DNA of 64,000 nucleotides from Escherichia coli (GTDB lineage Bacteria; Pseudomonadota; Gammaproteobacteria; Enterobacterales; Enterobacteriaceae): NCBI RefSeq assembly GCF_024502345.1, contig NZ_JALDNN010000001.1; one strand, 5' to 3'. Shown piece by piece: positions 14,059 to 24,485 of this stretch (position 1 is its first letter; each line of letters starts with the position of its first letter). The notes under the pieces were generated by a model. It saw only the letters and a program-made list of their open reading frames with translations, ran no database searches and was not told where the DNA came from. The position numbers and the translations under genes were made by a program.

Positions 14059-14357
14059 TCCCCTTACAACATGGACTGATCCTCGCGGCAATCTTATTCG
14101 TTCTTGGCTTAACCGGTCTGGTTATCCGTCGCAATCTGCTGTTTATGCTGATTGGTCTGGAAATCATGATTAACGCCTCCGCGCTGGCCTTTGTGGTCGC
14201 CGGAAGCTACTGGGGTCAGACCGACGGTCAGGTGATGTACATTCTCGCCATCAGCCTCGCGGCGGCAGAAGCGAGTATCGGCCTTGCGCTGCTGCTGCAA
14301 CTTCACCGTCGTCGCCAGAACCTGAACATCGATTCAGTAAGTGAGATGCGCGGATGA
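14055..14357 (+). CDS. nuoK: NADH:quinone oxidoreductase subunit K
   Basis: 100-aa hydrophobic [44 protein letters not shown]...; overlaps neighbouring genes by 4 nt at both ends. Confidence 0.96.
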
Positions 14358-16195
14358 ACATGCTTGCCTTAACCATTATTTTGCCATTGATTGGCTTCGT
14401 CCTGCTGGCGTTCTCCCGTGGGCGCTGGTCTGAAAACGTTTCGGCGATCGTCGGCGTTGGCTCTGTGGGCCTGGCGGCGCTGGTAACCGCCTTTATCGGC
14501 GTTGATTTCTTCGCTAACGGCGAGCAGGCATACAGCCAGCCGCTGTGGACGTGGATGTCGGTAGGCGACTTTAACATCGGTTTTAACCTGGTGCTGGACG
14601 GCCTGTCGCTGACCATGCTCTCGGTGGTCACTGGTGTGGGTTTCCTTATTCACATGTACGCCTCCTGGTACATGCGCGGTGAAGAGGGCTACTCTCGCTT
14701 CTTCGCCTACACCAACCTGTTCATCGCCAGCATGGTAGTTCTGGTTCTCGCCGATAACCTGCTGCTGATGTACCTCGGCTGGGAAGGCGTGGGCCTGTGC
14801 TCCTATCTGCTGATCGGGTTCTATTACACCGATCCGAAGAATGGCGCAGCGGCAATGAAAGCGTTCGTCGTGACCCGTGTGGGTGACGTTTTCCTCGCTT
14901 TCGCACTGTTCATTCTTTACAACGAACTGGGCACCCTGAACTTCCGCGAAATGGTGGAACTGGCACCAGCGCACTTTGCTGACGGCAATAACATGCTGAT
15001 GTGGGCGACGCTGATGCTGCTGGGCGGTGCGGTCGGTAAATCTGCGCAGTTGCCGTTGCAGACATGGCTTGCTGACGCGATGGCGGGCCCGACGCCTGTC
15101 TCCGCGCTGATCCACGCCGCAACGATGGTAACCGCGGGTGTCTACCTGATCGCCCGTACCCACGGCCTGTTCCTGATGACGCCGGAAGTTCTGCATCTGG
15201 TGGGTATTGTCGGGGCGGTTACGCTGCTGCTGGCCGGTTTTGCCGCGCTGGTACAGACCGACATCAAACGTGTTCTCGCTTACTCTACCATGAGCCAGAT
15301 TGGCTACATGTTCCTCGCGCTTGGCGTGCAGGCATGGGATGCGGCGATTTTCCACTTGATGACTCACGCGTTCTTTAAAGCGCTGCTGTTCCTGGCATCC
15401 GGTTCCGTCATTCTGGCCTGCCATCACGAACAGAACATCTTCAAGATGGGCGGTCTGCGTAAATCTATTCCGCTGGTTTATCTCTGCTTCCTGGTGGGCG
15501 GCGCAGCACTGTCGGCACTGCCGCTGGTCACTGCGGGCTTCTTCAGTAAGGATGAGATCCTCGCGGGTGCGATGGCGAATGGTCATATCAATCTGATGGT
15601 GGCAGGTCTGGTCGGTGCGTTTATGACCTCGCTCTACACCTTCCGTATGATTTTCATCGTCTTCCACGGAAAAGAACAAATTCACGCTCACGCCGTGAAA
15701 GGGGTAACTCACAGCCTGCCGCTGATTGTGCTGCTGATCCTTTCCACCTTCGTTGGCGCACTGATTGTACCGCCGCTGCAAGGCGTGCTTCCGCAAACGA
15801 CGGAACTGGCGCACGGCAGCATGTTGACCCTGGAAATTACCTCTGGCGTGGTCGCGGTGGTCGGCATTCTGCTGGCAGCCTGGCTGTGGCTGGGTAAACG
15901 TACTCTGGTGACCTCCATCGCCAACAGTGCGCCGGGCCGCCTGCTGAGTACCTGGTGGTACAACGCCTGGGGCTTTGACTGGCTGTACGACAAAGTGTTC
16001 GTCAAGCCGTTCCTGGGTATTGCCTGGTTGCTGAAACGCGATCCGCTGAACTCAATGATGAACATCCCGGCGGTTCTTTCCCGCTTTGCAGGTAAAGGTC
16101 TGCTGTTAAGCGAGAACGGTTATCTGCGCTGGTATGTGGCATCCATGAGCATCGGTGCGGTCGTGGTGCTGGCACTGTTGATGGTACTGCGTTGA
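14354..16195 (+). CDS. nuoL: NADH:quinone oxidoreductase subunit L (antiporter-like)
   Basis: 613-aa polytopic membrane ORF, same length as NuoL. Confidence 0.97.
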
Positions 16196-16233
16196 GTTAA
16201 GGATTGTGGGATTGCCCCTGGGCATATAAGAAC

Positions 16234-16272
16234 GTAGGTCGGATAAGCTGCCTTCGCGGCGCATCCGACACT
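16234..16272. repeat. REP (repetitive extragenic palindromic) element between nuoL and nuoM
   Basis: gtaggtcggataagctgccttcgcggcgcatccgacac resembles the REP consensus (GTAGG.CGGATAAG...GCGCATCCG.C) and sits in the 163-bp nuoL-nuoM spacer. Confidence 0.7.
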
Positions 16273-16358
16273 ACCCCCAGTCCGAAGAGAATTTTCTGTC
16301 GTGAGAATTCGTTGAAAATCCGGTCCTGACGGGACTTTTACAAGGAATAAAGATCGCC

Positions 16359-17888
16359 ATGTTACTACCCTGGCTAATATTAATTCCCTTTATTGGCGGC
16401 TTCCTGTGCTGGCAGACCGAACGCTTTGGCGTCAAGGTGCCGCGCTGGATCGCGCTGATCACCATGGGATTGACGCTGGCGCTGTCGCTGCAACTGTGGT
16501 TGCAGGGCGGTTATTCACTGACGCAATCCGCCGGAATTCCGCAGTGGCAGTCTGAATTCGACATGCCGTGGATCCCGCGTTTTGGTATCTCTATCCATCT
16601 CGCCATTGACGGGCTGTCGCTGCTGATGGTCGTGCTGACCGGTCTGCTCGGTGTGCTGGCGGTACTCTGTTCGTGGAAAGAGATCGAAAAATATCAGGGC
16701 TTCTTCCACCTCAACCTGATGTGGATCCTGGGCGGCGTTATCGGCGTGTTCCTTGCCATCGACATGTTCCTGTTCTTCTTCTTCTGGGAAATGATGCTGG
16801 TGCCGATGTACTTCCTGATCGCACTGTGGGGGCATAAAGCCTCTGACGGTAAAACGCGTATCACGGCGGCAACCAAGTTCTTCATTTACACCCAGGCGAG
16901 TGGTCTGGTGATGTTGATCGCCATCCTGGCGCTGGTTTTTGTTCACTACAATGCGACCGGCGTCTGGACCTTCAACTATGAAGAGCTGCTGAATACGCCA
17001 ATGTCCAGTGGTGTGGAATACCTGTTAATGCTGGGCTTCTTCATCGCCTTCGCAGTCAAAATGCCGGTGGTTCCGCTGCATGGCTGGCTGCCGGATGCGC
17101 ACTCCCAGGCTCCGACCGCCGGTTCCGTTGACCTCGCGGGGATCTTGCTGAAAACTGCCGCTTACGGTTTGCTGCGTTTCTCCCTGCCGCTGTTCCCGAA
17201 CGCGTCGGCAGAGTTCGCGCCAATTGCTATGTGGCTGGGTGTTATCGGCATCTTCTACGGTGCGTGGATGGCCTTCGCCCAGACCGATATCAAACGTCTG
17301 ATCGCCTACACCTCGGTTTCCCACATGGGCTTCGTGCTGATTGCAATCTACACCGGCAACCAGTTGGCCTACCAGGGCGCGGTAATCCAGATGATTGCGC
17401 ACGGCTTGTCGGCGGCGGGTCTGTTTATTCTCTGCGGTCAGCTTTATGAACGTATCCATACCCGCGACATGCGCATGATGGGCGGTCTGTGGAGCAAGAT
17501 GAAATGGCTGCCAGCACTGTCGCTGTTCTTTGCGGTGGCAACGCTTGGGATGCCTGGCACCGGTAACTTCGTCGGCGAATTTATGATTCTGTTCGGCAGC
17601 TTCCAGGTTGTCCCGGTGATTACCGTTATCTCTACCTTTGGGCTGGTCTTTGCATCTGTTTATTCGCTGGCGATGTTACATCGCGCTTACTTCGGTAAAG
17701 CGAAAAGCCAGATTGCCAGCCAGGAACTGCCAGGGATGTCGCTGCGTGAGCTGTTTATGATCCTGTTGCTGGTGGTGCTGCTGGTACTGCTGGGCTTCTA
17801 TCCGCAGCCGATTCTGGATACCTCGCACTCCGCGATTGGCAATATCCAGCAGTGGTTTGTTAATTCAGTTACTACTACAAGGCCGTAA
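16359..17888 (+). CDS. nuoM: NADH:quinone oxidoreductase subunit M (antiporter-like)
   Basis: 509-aa polytopic membrane ORF MLLPWLILIPFIGGFLCWQTERFGVKVPRWIALITMGL.... Confidence 0.97.
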   Translation: MLLPWLILIPFIGGFLCWQTERFGVKVPRWIALITMGLTLALSLQLWLQGGYSLTQSAGIPQWQSEFDMPWIPRFGISIHLAIDGLSLLMVVLTGLLGVLAVLCSWKEIEKYQGFFHLNLMWILGGVIGVFLAIDMFLFFFFWEMMLVPMYFLIALWGHKASDGKTRITAATKFFIYTQASGLVMLIAILALVFVHYNATGVWTFNYEELLNTPMSSGVEYLLMLGFFIAFAVKMPVVPLHGWLPDAHSQAPTAGSVDLAGILLKTAAYGLLRFSLPLFPNASAEFAPIAMWLGVIGIFYGAWMAFAQTDIKRLIAYTSVSHMGFVLIAIYTGNQLAYQGAVIQMIAHGLSAAGLFILCGQLYERIHTRDMRMMGGLWSKMKWLPALSLFFAVATLGMPGTGNFVGEFMILFGSFQVVPVITVISTFGLVFASVYSLAMLHRAYFGKAKSQIASQELPGMSLRELFMILLLVVLLVLLGFYPQPILDTSHSAIGNIQQWFVNSVTTTRP

Positions 17889-17894
17889 ATCGCC

Positions 17895-19352
17895 ATGACA
17901 ATAACTCCACAAAACCTGATCGCACTGCTACCGTTGCTGATCGTCGGCTTGACGGTGGTGGTTGTGATGCTCTCCATTGCGTGGCGACGCAATCATTTCC
18001 TCAACGCTACGCTCTCGGTTATTGGGCTTAACGCGGCGCTGGTTTCGCTCTGGTTTGTTGGCCAGGCGGGCGCTATGGACGTTACGCCGCTGATGCGCGT
18101 TGATGGTTTCGCCATGCTTTACACCGGGCTGGTATTGTTGGCGAGCCTCGCCACCTGTACTTTCGCCTACCCGTGGCTTGAAGGCTATAACGACAACAAG
18201 GATGAGTTCTACCTGTTGGTGTTAATTGCCGCGCTGGGCGGGATCCTGCTGGCGAATGCCAACCATCTGGCGTCTCTGTTCCTCGGTATCGAACTGATCT
18301 CTTTGCCGCTGTTTGGCCTGGTCGGTTACGCTTTCCGCCAGAAACGTTCGCTGGAAGCCAGTATCAAATACACTATCCTTTCTGCCGCAGCGTCTTCTTT
18401 CCTGCTGTTCGGTATGGCGCTGGTGTATGCGCAGTCTGGCGACCTGTCGTTTGTCGCGCTGGGTAAAAACCTCGGCGACGGTATGCTCAACGAGCCGCTG
18501 TTGCTGGCAGGTTTCGGCCTGATGATTGTTGGCCTTGGCTTCAAACTCTCTCTGGTGCCGTTCCACCTGTGGACGCCAGACGTATACCAGGGCGCGCCTG
18601 CGCCGGTTTCCACTTTCCTGGCGACGGCGAGCAAAATCGCTATCTTCGGTGTGGTGATGCGTCTGTTCCTCTACGCACCGGTGGGTGACAGCGAAGCGAT
18701 TCGCGTGGTGCTGGCGATTATCGCCTTTGCCTCCATCATCTTCGGTAACCTGATGGCGCTGAGCCAGACCAATATCAAACGTCTGCTCGGTTACTCATCT
18801 ATCTCTCACCTCGGCTATCTGCTGGTGGCGCTGATTGCGCTGCAAACTGGCGAGATGTCGATGGAAGCGGTAGGGGTTTACCTGGCCGGTTATCTGTTCA
18901 GCAGCCTCGGCGCGTTCGGCGTGGTCAGCCTGATGTCCAGCCCGTATCGTGGCCCGGATGCTGATTCCCTGTTCTCTTACCGCGGTCTGTTCTGGCATCG
19001 TCCGATCCTCGCGGCAGTGATGACGGTGATGATGCTGTCTCTGGCCGGTATCCCGATGACGCTGGGCTTTATCGGTAAGTTCTACGTGCTGGCGGTCGGT
19101 GTCCAGGCACACTTGTGGTGGCTGGTGGGTGCCGTGGTTGTCGGTTCGGCAATCGGCCTCTACTACTACCTGCGCGTGGCGGTGAGCCTGTACCTGCACG
19201 CACCGGAACAACCGGGTCGCGATGCACCGTCAAACTGGCAGTACAGCGCGGGCGGTATCGTGGTGCTGATTTCTGCACTGTTGGTACTGGTGCTGGGTGT
19301 ATGGCCACAACCGCTGATTAGTATTGTGCGGTTAGCAATGCCGCTGATGTAA
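17895..19352 (+). CDS. nuoN: NADH:quinone oxidoreductase subunit N (antiporter-like)
   Basis: 485-aa polytopic membrane [45 protein letters not shown]...; last gene of the operon. Confidence 0.97.
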
Positions 19353-19375
19353 TCTGTTAGTTTGTAAGTCAGAAA

Positions 19376-19403
19376 GCCGCCGACATGTTCGGCGGTTTTT
19401 TTT
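19376..19403 (+). terminator. intrinsic terminator of the nuo operon
   Basis: Hairpin gccgccga / tcggcgg followed by a run of eight T, 24 nt after the nuoN stop. Confidence 0.85.
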
Positions 19404-19418
19404 GGCGCTCTGACACCA

Positions 19419-19922
19419 TCACCCAACAATAACCGTCAGCGCATGATTCCCTTGTCGCAGCATACGTCGATACGCGCTAATCAGCTTTTCCATATCAAGC
19501 ATGATCGAAGCAAAGAGTTGCCCCTCTAACTCTTCTGAAAAGGTCACTCCCGGATAAATCTCCATTTCATTGAGTCGCTTAATGGAAAACTGTTTACGCA
19601 GCTCACTTCGATCCAGTGATTCCAGTCGGTCGATTGTCGCGGCTAACTCCTGATTCCAGGTCAATCCCAGGAAGCCATCTATGCCATCTTCGAGGCTGTG
19701 TTCACCAAGCACGGCACGACTCAGCGGATCATTCTTCGCGGGATCAAAAGCAGAGGTGCCTGTCAGCCCAAAGTGTAAAAAATCCCAGCGTTTGTCAATA
19801 TCCAGTCGGCGTAATCCTGAAAGCGTGTCATGTATATTATCCATCAAAGGTTTTTCAGTAGACTCAAGCAGTTGGTTAATCTTTTCTGAGTCAATTTCTG
19901 CAAAATAACCAATCATTCCCAT
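19419..19922 (-). CDS. yfbM: DUF1877-family protein YfbM
   Basis: 167-aa ORF MGMIGYFAEIDSEKINQLLESTEKPLMDNIHDTLSGLRRLDIDKRWDFLHFGLTG...; matches K-12 YfbM in sequence and length, from memory. Confidence 0.85.
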   Translation of the reverse strand: MGMIGYFAEIDSEKINQLLESTEKPLMDNIHDTLSGLRRLDIDKRWDFLHFGLTGTSAFDPAKNDPLSRAVLGEHSLEDGIDGFLGLTWNQELAATIDRLESLDRSELRKQFSIKRLNEMEIYPGVTFSEELEGQLFASIMLDMEKLISAYRRMLRQGNHALTVIVG

Positions 19923-20047
19923 TTATTTTTCCTCCATTGAATTTTATGTTTCGCATCTTAAAACAGACGAGGGAAAATAAAATGTACATGTCGCTGTTTC
20001 TGGACCCGCCTCGAGAAATTTTTATTATTTACTGTTGTGTAACAAGG

Positions 20048-20654
20048 TTATAACACCATCTGAGCCATTTTCTGATAATTCAATCTGTCTGCTGTATCAC
20101 CGGGCAAGTGGTATTGTTTATTACGATAAAAAGCGGTGTCAGTAATCATTACGGCGGGAATATCGTGTTGCCAATAATTCAGGTGGTCAGAGAAATCAAT
20201 ACCGGGAATAAACCATGGGGCATTCATAGAATAAACAGATAAATCCCGGGATGATAACAATGCCGTTTTTACCTGACGAACGGCGTTGATATCCTGTATT
20301 CTGCCGACCAGGCAATAAAGTCCCCCCGATCGGGATAAAGCCAGGACATTGCGGGTAAGGGTAATCCTGGCTACCAGGCGCAGAGTCGTAATAGCCAATC
20401 GGGGACGCCCTGCGCGGTAACTCTGGCACCGCTACTGACAAAGAACTCTTTTATATACTCTACGGACCTATTCAGATTATCAATATTGTCGGCATTACGT
20501 GGATGCACAGTTTGTGTAAGATAACGAACTGTTTTTTCTAATTGCTCAGGACTGACGTGTCGGGGCGTTGGCGGTAATGCAGTGACCCAGGGTTGGTAAA
20601 AATAATCAGAGGGAGTGAAATCAGAAACAATATAACAAAAGGAATTTTTTCCAT
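20048..20654 (-). pseudogene. yfbL: degraded yfbL-like M28-family peptidase remnant (frameshifted, probably internally deleted)
   Basis: Reverse strand from the ATG at 20654 encodes a signal-peptide-like MEKIPFVILFLISLPLIIFTN, then stops after 38 codons. Peptidase-like sequence continues in a second frame (SPEQLEKTVRYLTQTVHPRNADNIDNLNRSVEYIKEFFVSSGARVTAQGV) and a third (…FIPGIDFSDHLNYWQHDIPAVMITDTAFYRNKQYHLPGDTADRLNYQKMAQMVL, ending at 20048). The total span is about 600 bp, against roughly 970 bp for the 323-aa protein as I remember it. Confidence 0.6.
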
Positions 20655-20992
20655 ATATAAATTATCAATAAAAGACGTTATTTTATCATTATTTATAATG
20701 AGTTATGAGTATTTGTTTTATTACGGTTGTTAGATCTATACAAAAAGTATCTTTTACAGTGGCTTCGCTATTTTAAAAAGGAATTCATATAAGGAAAAAT
20801 ATAATTATGTTATTTATTGGCAGATTGAGTTGACAGGGGGCAGAACTCTGAGGGTAAGAAAAGTCAGCAACAACAATCCACTACATCAACAGACCAGCAA
20901 TCGCGTGCCGAGATACGCTGGAAATACCCGAAGATTGAACTGGCGGATGGTGTGACTGACATCAGTCAGTGATGACTGTTTAGCAAACTATG

Positions 20993-21026
20993 TTCGACCA
21001 GTCAGCATATTTGCTGACTGGTCGAA
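20993..21026. other. perfect 14-bp-stem inverted repeat in non-coding AT-rich segment
   Basis: ttcgaccagtcagc-atattt-gctgactggtcgaa; a second shorter inverted repeat (tgactga-ca-tcagtca) lies just upstream at about 20955-20970. Confidence 0.6.
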
Positions 21027-21158
21027 TTAATTAACAATGATGTTAACTTACTCTTTTTCCTGATGCTCTATTTTTGCGTTGTGAGTGTTTTATTTCTAAG
21101 TCTCTATAATAATCATTGATATTTGCATCGCCATATTTATCTAAATAACAATTCCTGT

Positions 21159-21669
21159 TTACCAGTCGATGTTGAAAATCAATTTCGTACTGCTCTTCTG
21201 CTGAATATTTTTTAAATCTGTCAGCATAGTTTTTAATAACGTATAGGGGGCGCTGTCAGAATTGCTTTCCCTTTGTTCAATCACTTCCTTGGCTGCCATG
21301 CACACAAACGCACCGCAACTTTGGCTTAAGTATTGCTGAAGATCGGCATGTAAAAATATTATCTCTGGTTCATTTAAATGAACTTTTATATTATTATTCG
21401 ACATTTCTCCCATGAGTTCAGAATTAAAACTATTAATGACACGCTTAAGTGAATTTTCTTTATCATGGCCTAGTGCACGCAATGAGTTGAATATGACGCA
21501 TTTTATTTGTAGTTTATTATTTTTTTTATTTACTATTTTCTGTAGCGAAACTAATATCCAGTGTCCGCCAGTATTTATGGGGAATAACTGGACTTCATTC
21601 GGCCATGATGGATCGCTATTAATATTTTCATTGAGAGCGTCTTCCAGGTGAGTTCTGGTGGAGTAGGGG
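21159..21669 (-). pseudogene. elaD: elaD C-terminal fragment (Ulp1/C48-type deubiquitinase catalytic region) separated from its 5' half by an IS
   Basis: Frame encodes ...[42 protein letters not shown]...[20 protein letters not shown]..., with the catalytic His and Cys of the Ulp1-like protease fold. Upstream codons of the 199-aa ORF in the track are read out of IS sequence. Confidence 0.8.
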
Positions 21670-22726
21670 GGCTTTGTTGAATAAATCGAACTTTTGCTGA
21701 GTTGAAGGATCAGATCACGTATCTTCCCGACAACGCAGACCGTTCCGTGGCAAAGCAAAAGTTCAAAATCACCAACTGGCCCACCTACAATAAAGCCCTC
21801 ATCAACCGTGGCTCCATAACTTTCTGGCTGGATGATGAAGCTATTCAGGCCTGGTATGAGTCAGCAACACCTTCTTCACGAGGCAGACCTCAGCGCTATT
21901 CTGACCTTGCCATCACGACTGTGCTGGTCATTAAACGCGTATTCAGGCTGACCCTGCGCGCTGCGCAGGGCTTTATTGATTCCATTTTTTCTCTGATGAA
22001 CGTTCCGCTACGCTGCCCGGATTACAGCTGTGTCAGCAGGCGGGCAAAGTCGGTTAATGTCAGTTTCAAAACGCCCACCCGGGGTGAAATCGCACACCTG
22101 GTAATTGATTCCACCGGGCTGAAGGTCTTCGGTGAAGGCGAGTGGAAAGTCAAAAAGCATGGCCAGGAACGCCGCCGTATCTGGCGTAAGCTGCATCTCG
22201 CCGTTGACAGTAAAACACATGAAATCATCTGCGCTGACCTGTCGCTGAACAACGTTACGGACTCAGAGGCCTTCCCCGGGTTAATCCGGCAAACCCACCG
22301 GAAAATCAGGTCAGCCGCCGCCGATGGCGCTTACGATACCCGGCTATGTCACGATGAACTGCGGCGTAAGAAAATCAGCGCGCTTATCCCTCCCCGAAAA
22401 GGTGCGGGTTACTGGCCCGGTGAATATGCAGACCGTAACCGTGCAGTGGCTAATCAGCGAATGACCGGGAGTAATGCGCGGTGGAAATGGACAACAGATT
22501 ACAACCGTCGCTCGATAGCGGAAACGGCGATGTACCGGGTAAAACAGCTGTTCGGGGGTTCACTGACACTGCGTGACTACGATGGTCAGGTTGCAGAGGC
22601 TATGGCCCTGGTACGAGCGCTGAACAAAATGACGAAAGCAGGTATGCCTGAAAGCGTGCGTATTGCCTGAAAACACAACCCGCTACGGGGGAGACTTACC
22701 CGAAATCTGATTTATTCAACAAAGCC
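21670..22726 (+). mobile_element. IS903-type insertion sequence (IS5 family, IS903 group), complete, 1057 bp
   Basis: Left end GGCTTTGTTGAATAAATC at 21670; its exact reverse complement ends at 22726 (18-bp perfect terminal inverted repeats). Flanked by a perfect 9-bp direct repeat GAGTAGGGG at 21661-21669 and 22727-22735. Length and 9-bp duplication are characteristic of IS903. Confidence 0.92.
21702..22670 (+). CDS. IS903-group DDE transposase
   Basis: 322-aa ORF containing [23 protein letters not shown]...[12 protein letters not shown] and ...[13 protein letters not shown]..., typical of IS903/IS102 transposases. The true start may be internal (IS903 Tnp is about 307 aa). Confidence 0.9.
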   Translation: MKDQITYLPDNADRSVAKQKFKITNWPTYNKALINRGSITFWLDDEAIQAWYESATPSSRGRPQRYSDLAITTVLVIKRVFRLTLRAAQGFIDSIFSLMNVPLRCPDYSCVSRRAKSVNVSFKTPTRGEIAHLVIDSTGLKVFGEGEWKVKKHGQERRRIWRKLHLAVDSKTHEIICADLSLNNVTDSEAFPGLIRQTHRKIRSAAADGAYDTRLCHDELRRKKISALIPPRKGAGYWPGEYADRNRAVANQRMTGSNARWKWTTDYNRRSIAETAMYRVKQLFGGSLTLRDYDGQVAEAMALVRALNKMTKAGMPESVRIA

Positions 22727-23328
22727 GAGTAGGGGACGTAGAGACCAGTAGGATAATTGACTTGAGTATTTTTTGCATTAGCGGCGATCTTCTGAAGATA
22801 GCAAGCTATTTCATCTGTGGTTAATTGACGATTTTTATCCCAGAAGTTTGTACCATCACTCAGTTCATTATTCTCATCATTTAAAAGCACCTTTGAAAGC
22901 GACTGTTTTTCAGATATAAGAGGAATTTCATCACCGATAATTGTCATTAATTTCGAAGGGGAGAATAGCTTTTTGAACAGGAGAACATCTGAATTATCCG
23001 GACCAGTTGGTTTAAGGTGGGAGTTGGTTGCGGTATGTGCCAAATTATATAATTTTAAACAGGCATTTTTAATAAGTCGGATAATCGATAGGGTCTCATT
23101 TGTTGGGTTTCTAACAATATGGTAAAGAATATCTTCAGCTTTTTTTCCAAATTCATCATAACCTAACGCAATATTATGCAGTAACTCAATACTTTCTTCA
23201 TCTCCGGATAACGCTGTTTTTTTTAAAGACTGCAGTAATTCCTCGGTCACAGTAAATTTTTCTGCAAATGTCTGACTGAGTTGGGTTTGAGATAATTGAC
23301 AATAATTGCTGACAACTGTAACCATCAT
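22727..23328 (-). pseudogene. elaD: elaD N-terminal fragment, 5' half of the IS-disrupted gene
   Basis: [35 protein letters not shown]...[11 protein letters not shown], then the frame runs into the IS right end. The PYS codons coincide with the target-site duplication, so joining this to the 21159-21669 fragment restores a continuous ElaD frame. Confidence 0.8.
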
Positions 23329-23503
23329 ATGCTCCTTTTTGTGCTGAATGAAGATAAAAAGAGGCAACTTATTGCTCTGAATATAGTGCGTAAGGAGATG
23401 AATAAATATCAAAAATCGCTCAATATGCCCGTGTGAGTGGATATATGTAGCGCGGGTTGCGATAACAGGGCAAGTTTCGCCCTGTTTTTAATAATAAGCA
23501 GAG

Positions 23504-24421
23504 TTAAACGTTAAACACGGTGAAATCATTCGCTAGTTCAGTCGCCGGGAAAATTGACCTGCATTCACGTAACAGGTGCTGACAACCTTTGTCATCATAG
23601 CGCGAGCTGACGTGGGTAATGATTAGCTTACCGACTCCAGCCTCACGGGCCAGTGTCGCAGCCTGGCGTGTAGAGCTATGACCGCGACTATTGGCTTTGG
23701 CTTCCATGGTTATATCCAGCGTCGCTTCGTGCACCATGACATCGACACCTTTAGCCAGGTCAAGTGCGGCATCGCAGGGGCCGGTATCGCCGAAAATAGC
23801 GAGCGCTTTACCTGGCACTGGAGCAGCTAAGTAATCTGCGCCGTTAATCTGCCTTCCATCTTCCAGCATGATTGTTTTGCCCGCTTTTAATTCCTGAAAC
23901 AGTGGGCCAGGCGGTACGCCAGCAGCTTTTAATGCCTGGGCATTTAATGCACCCGGTTTATCATGTTCTTCAATACGATAGCCATAACATTCCAGTGGGT
24001 GTTCCATTGGATAAGCGGTCACTTTGCGCAGGCCATCATCGAGAATTTCGCCAGCGCCAATTTCGACAATTTCCAGCGGATAATCGGTCCATGAGCCGCT
24101 AATCCGCAGCGCGGTCTCCACAAATTCACGGATACCTTGCGGACCATAAATCGTTAAGGGTTGGATAATGCCTGACATAGAACGACTGCACAGCAAGCCG
24201 GGTAAACCAAAAAGATGATCGCCATGAAGGTGACTGATAAAAATCTTGTCCAGTTTTCCAGGGTTAAAGGCGGTATGCAGTAGCTGATGCTGGGTGCCTT
24301 CACCGCAGTCAAACAACCAAAGTCCGCTCTGGGTCGGATGTTGTAGGTTAAGCAATATTGCCGTGACATTGCGCGTGCGGGTTGGCACACCGGCCGAAGT
24401 ACCTAAAAAAATTAATTCCAT
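23504..24421 (-). CDS. rbn: RNase BN / RNase Z (metallo-beta-lactamase fold)
   Basis: [26 protein letters not shown]... with the HxHxDH motif ([15 protein letters not shown]); 305 aa from this ATG. The ORF track starts 6 codons upstream. Confidence 0.93.
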   Translation of the reverse strand: MELIFLGTSAGVPTRTRNVTAILLNLQHPTQSGLWLFDCGEGTQHQLLHTAFNPGKLDKIFISHLHGDHLFGLPGLLCSRSMSGIIQPLTIYGPQGIREFVETALRISGSWTDYPLEIVEIGAGEILDDGLRKVTAYPMEHPLECYGYRIEEHDKPGALNAQALKAAGVPPGPLFQELKAGKTIMLEDGRQINGADYLAAPVPGKALAIFGDTGPCDAALDLAKGVDVMVHEATLDITMEAKANSRGHSSTRQAATLAREAGVGKLIITHVSSRYDDKGCQHLLRECRSIFPATELANDFTVFNV

Positions 24422-24485
24422 GAGTTCATCACGTTTCAAAAAATATTCCGGCTAGTATAAGGCATACATCTAAAAGGAGAGCATT

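Noticed and set aside
19404-23400. Possibility that the nuoN-rbn variable segment is a horizontally acquired island or prophage remnant carrying a defence system
   Set aside because: The only mobile-element signature is a single IS903 with its own target-site duplication. There is no integrase, no tRNA attachment site and no intact non-IS ORF other than yfbM, which matches a conserved housekeeping gene of unknown function. The pattern is gene decay, not acquisition.
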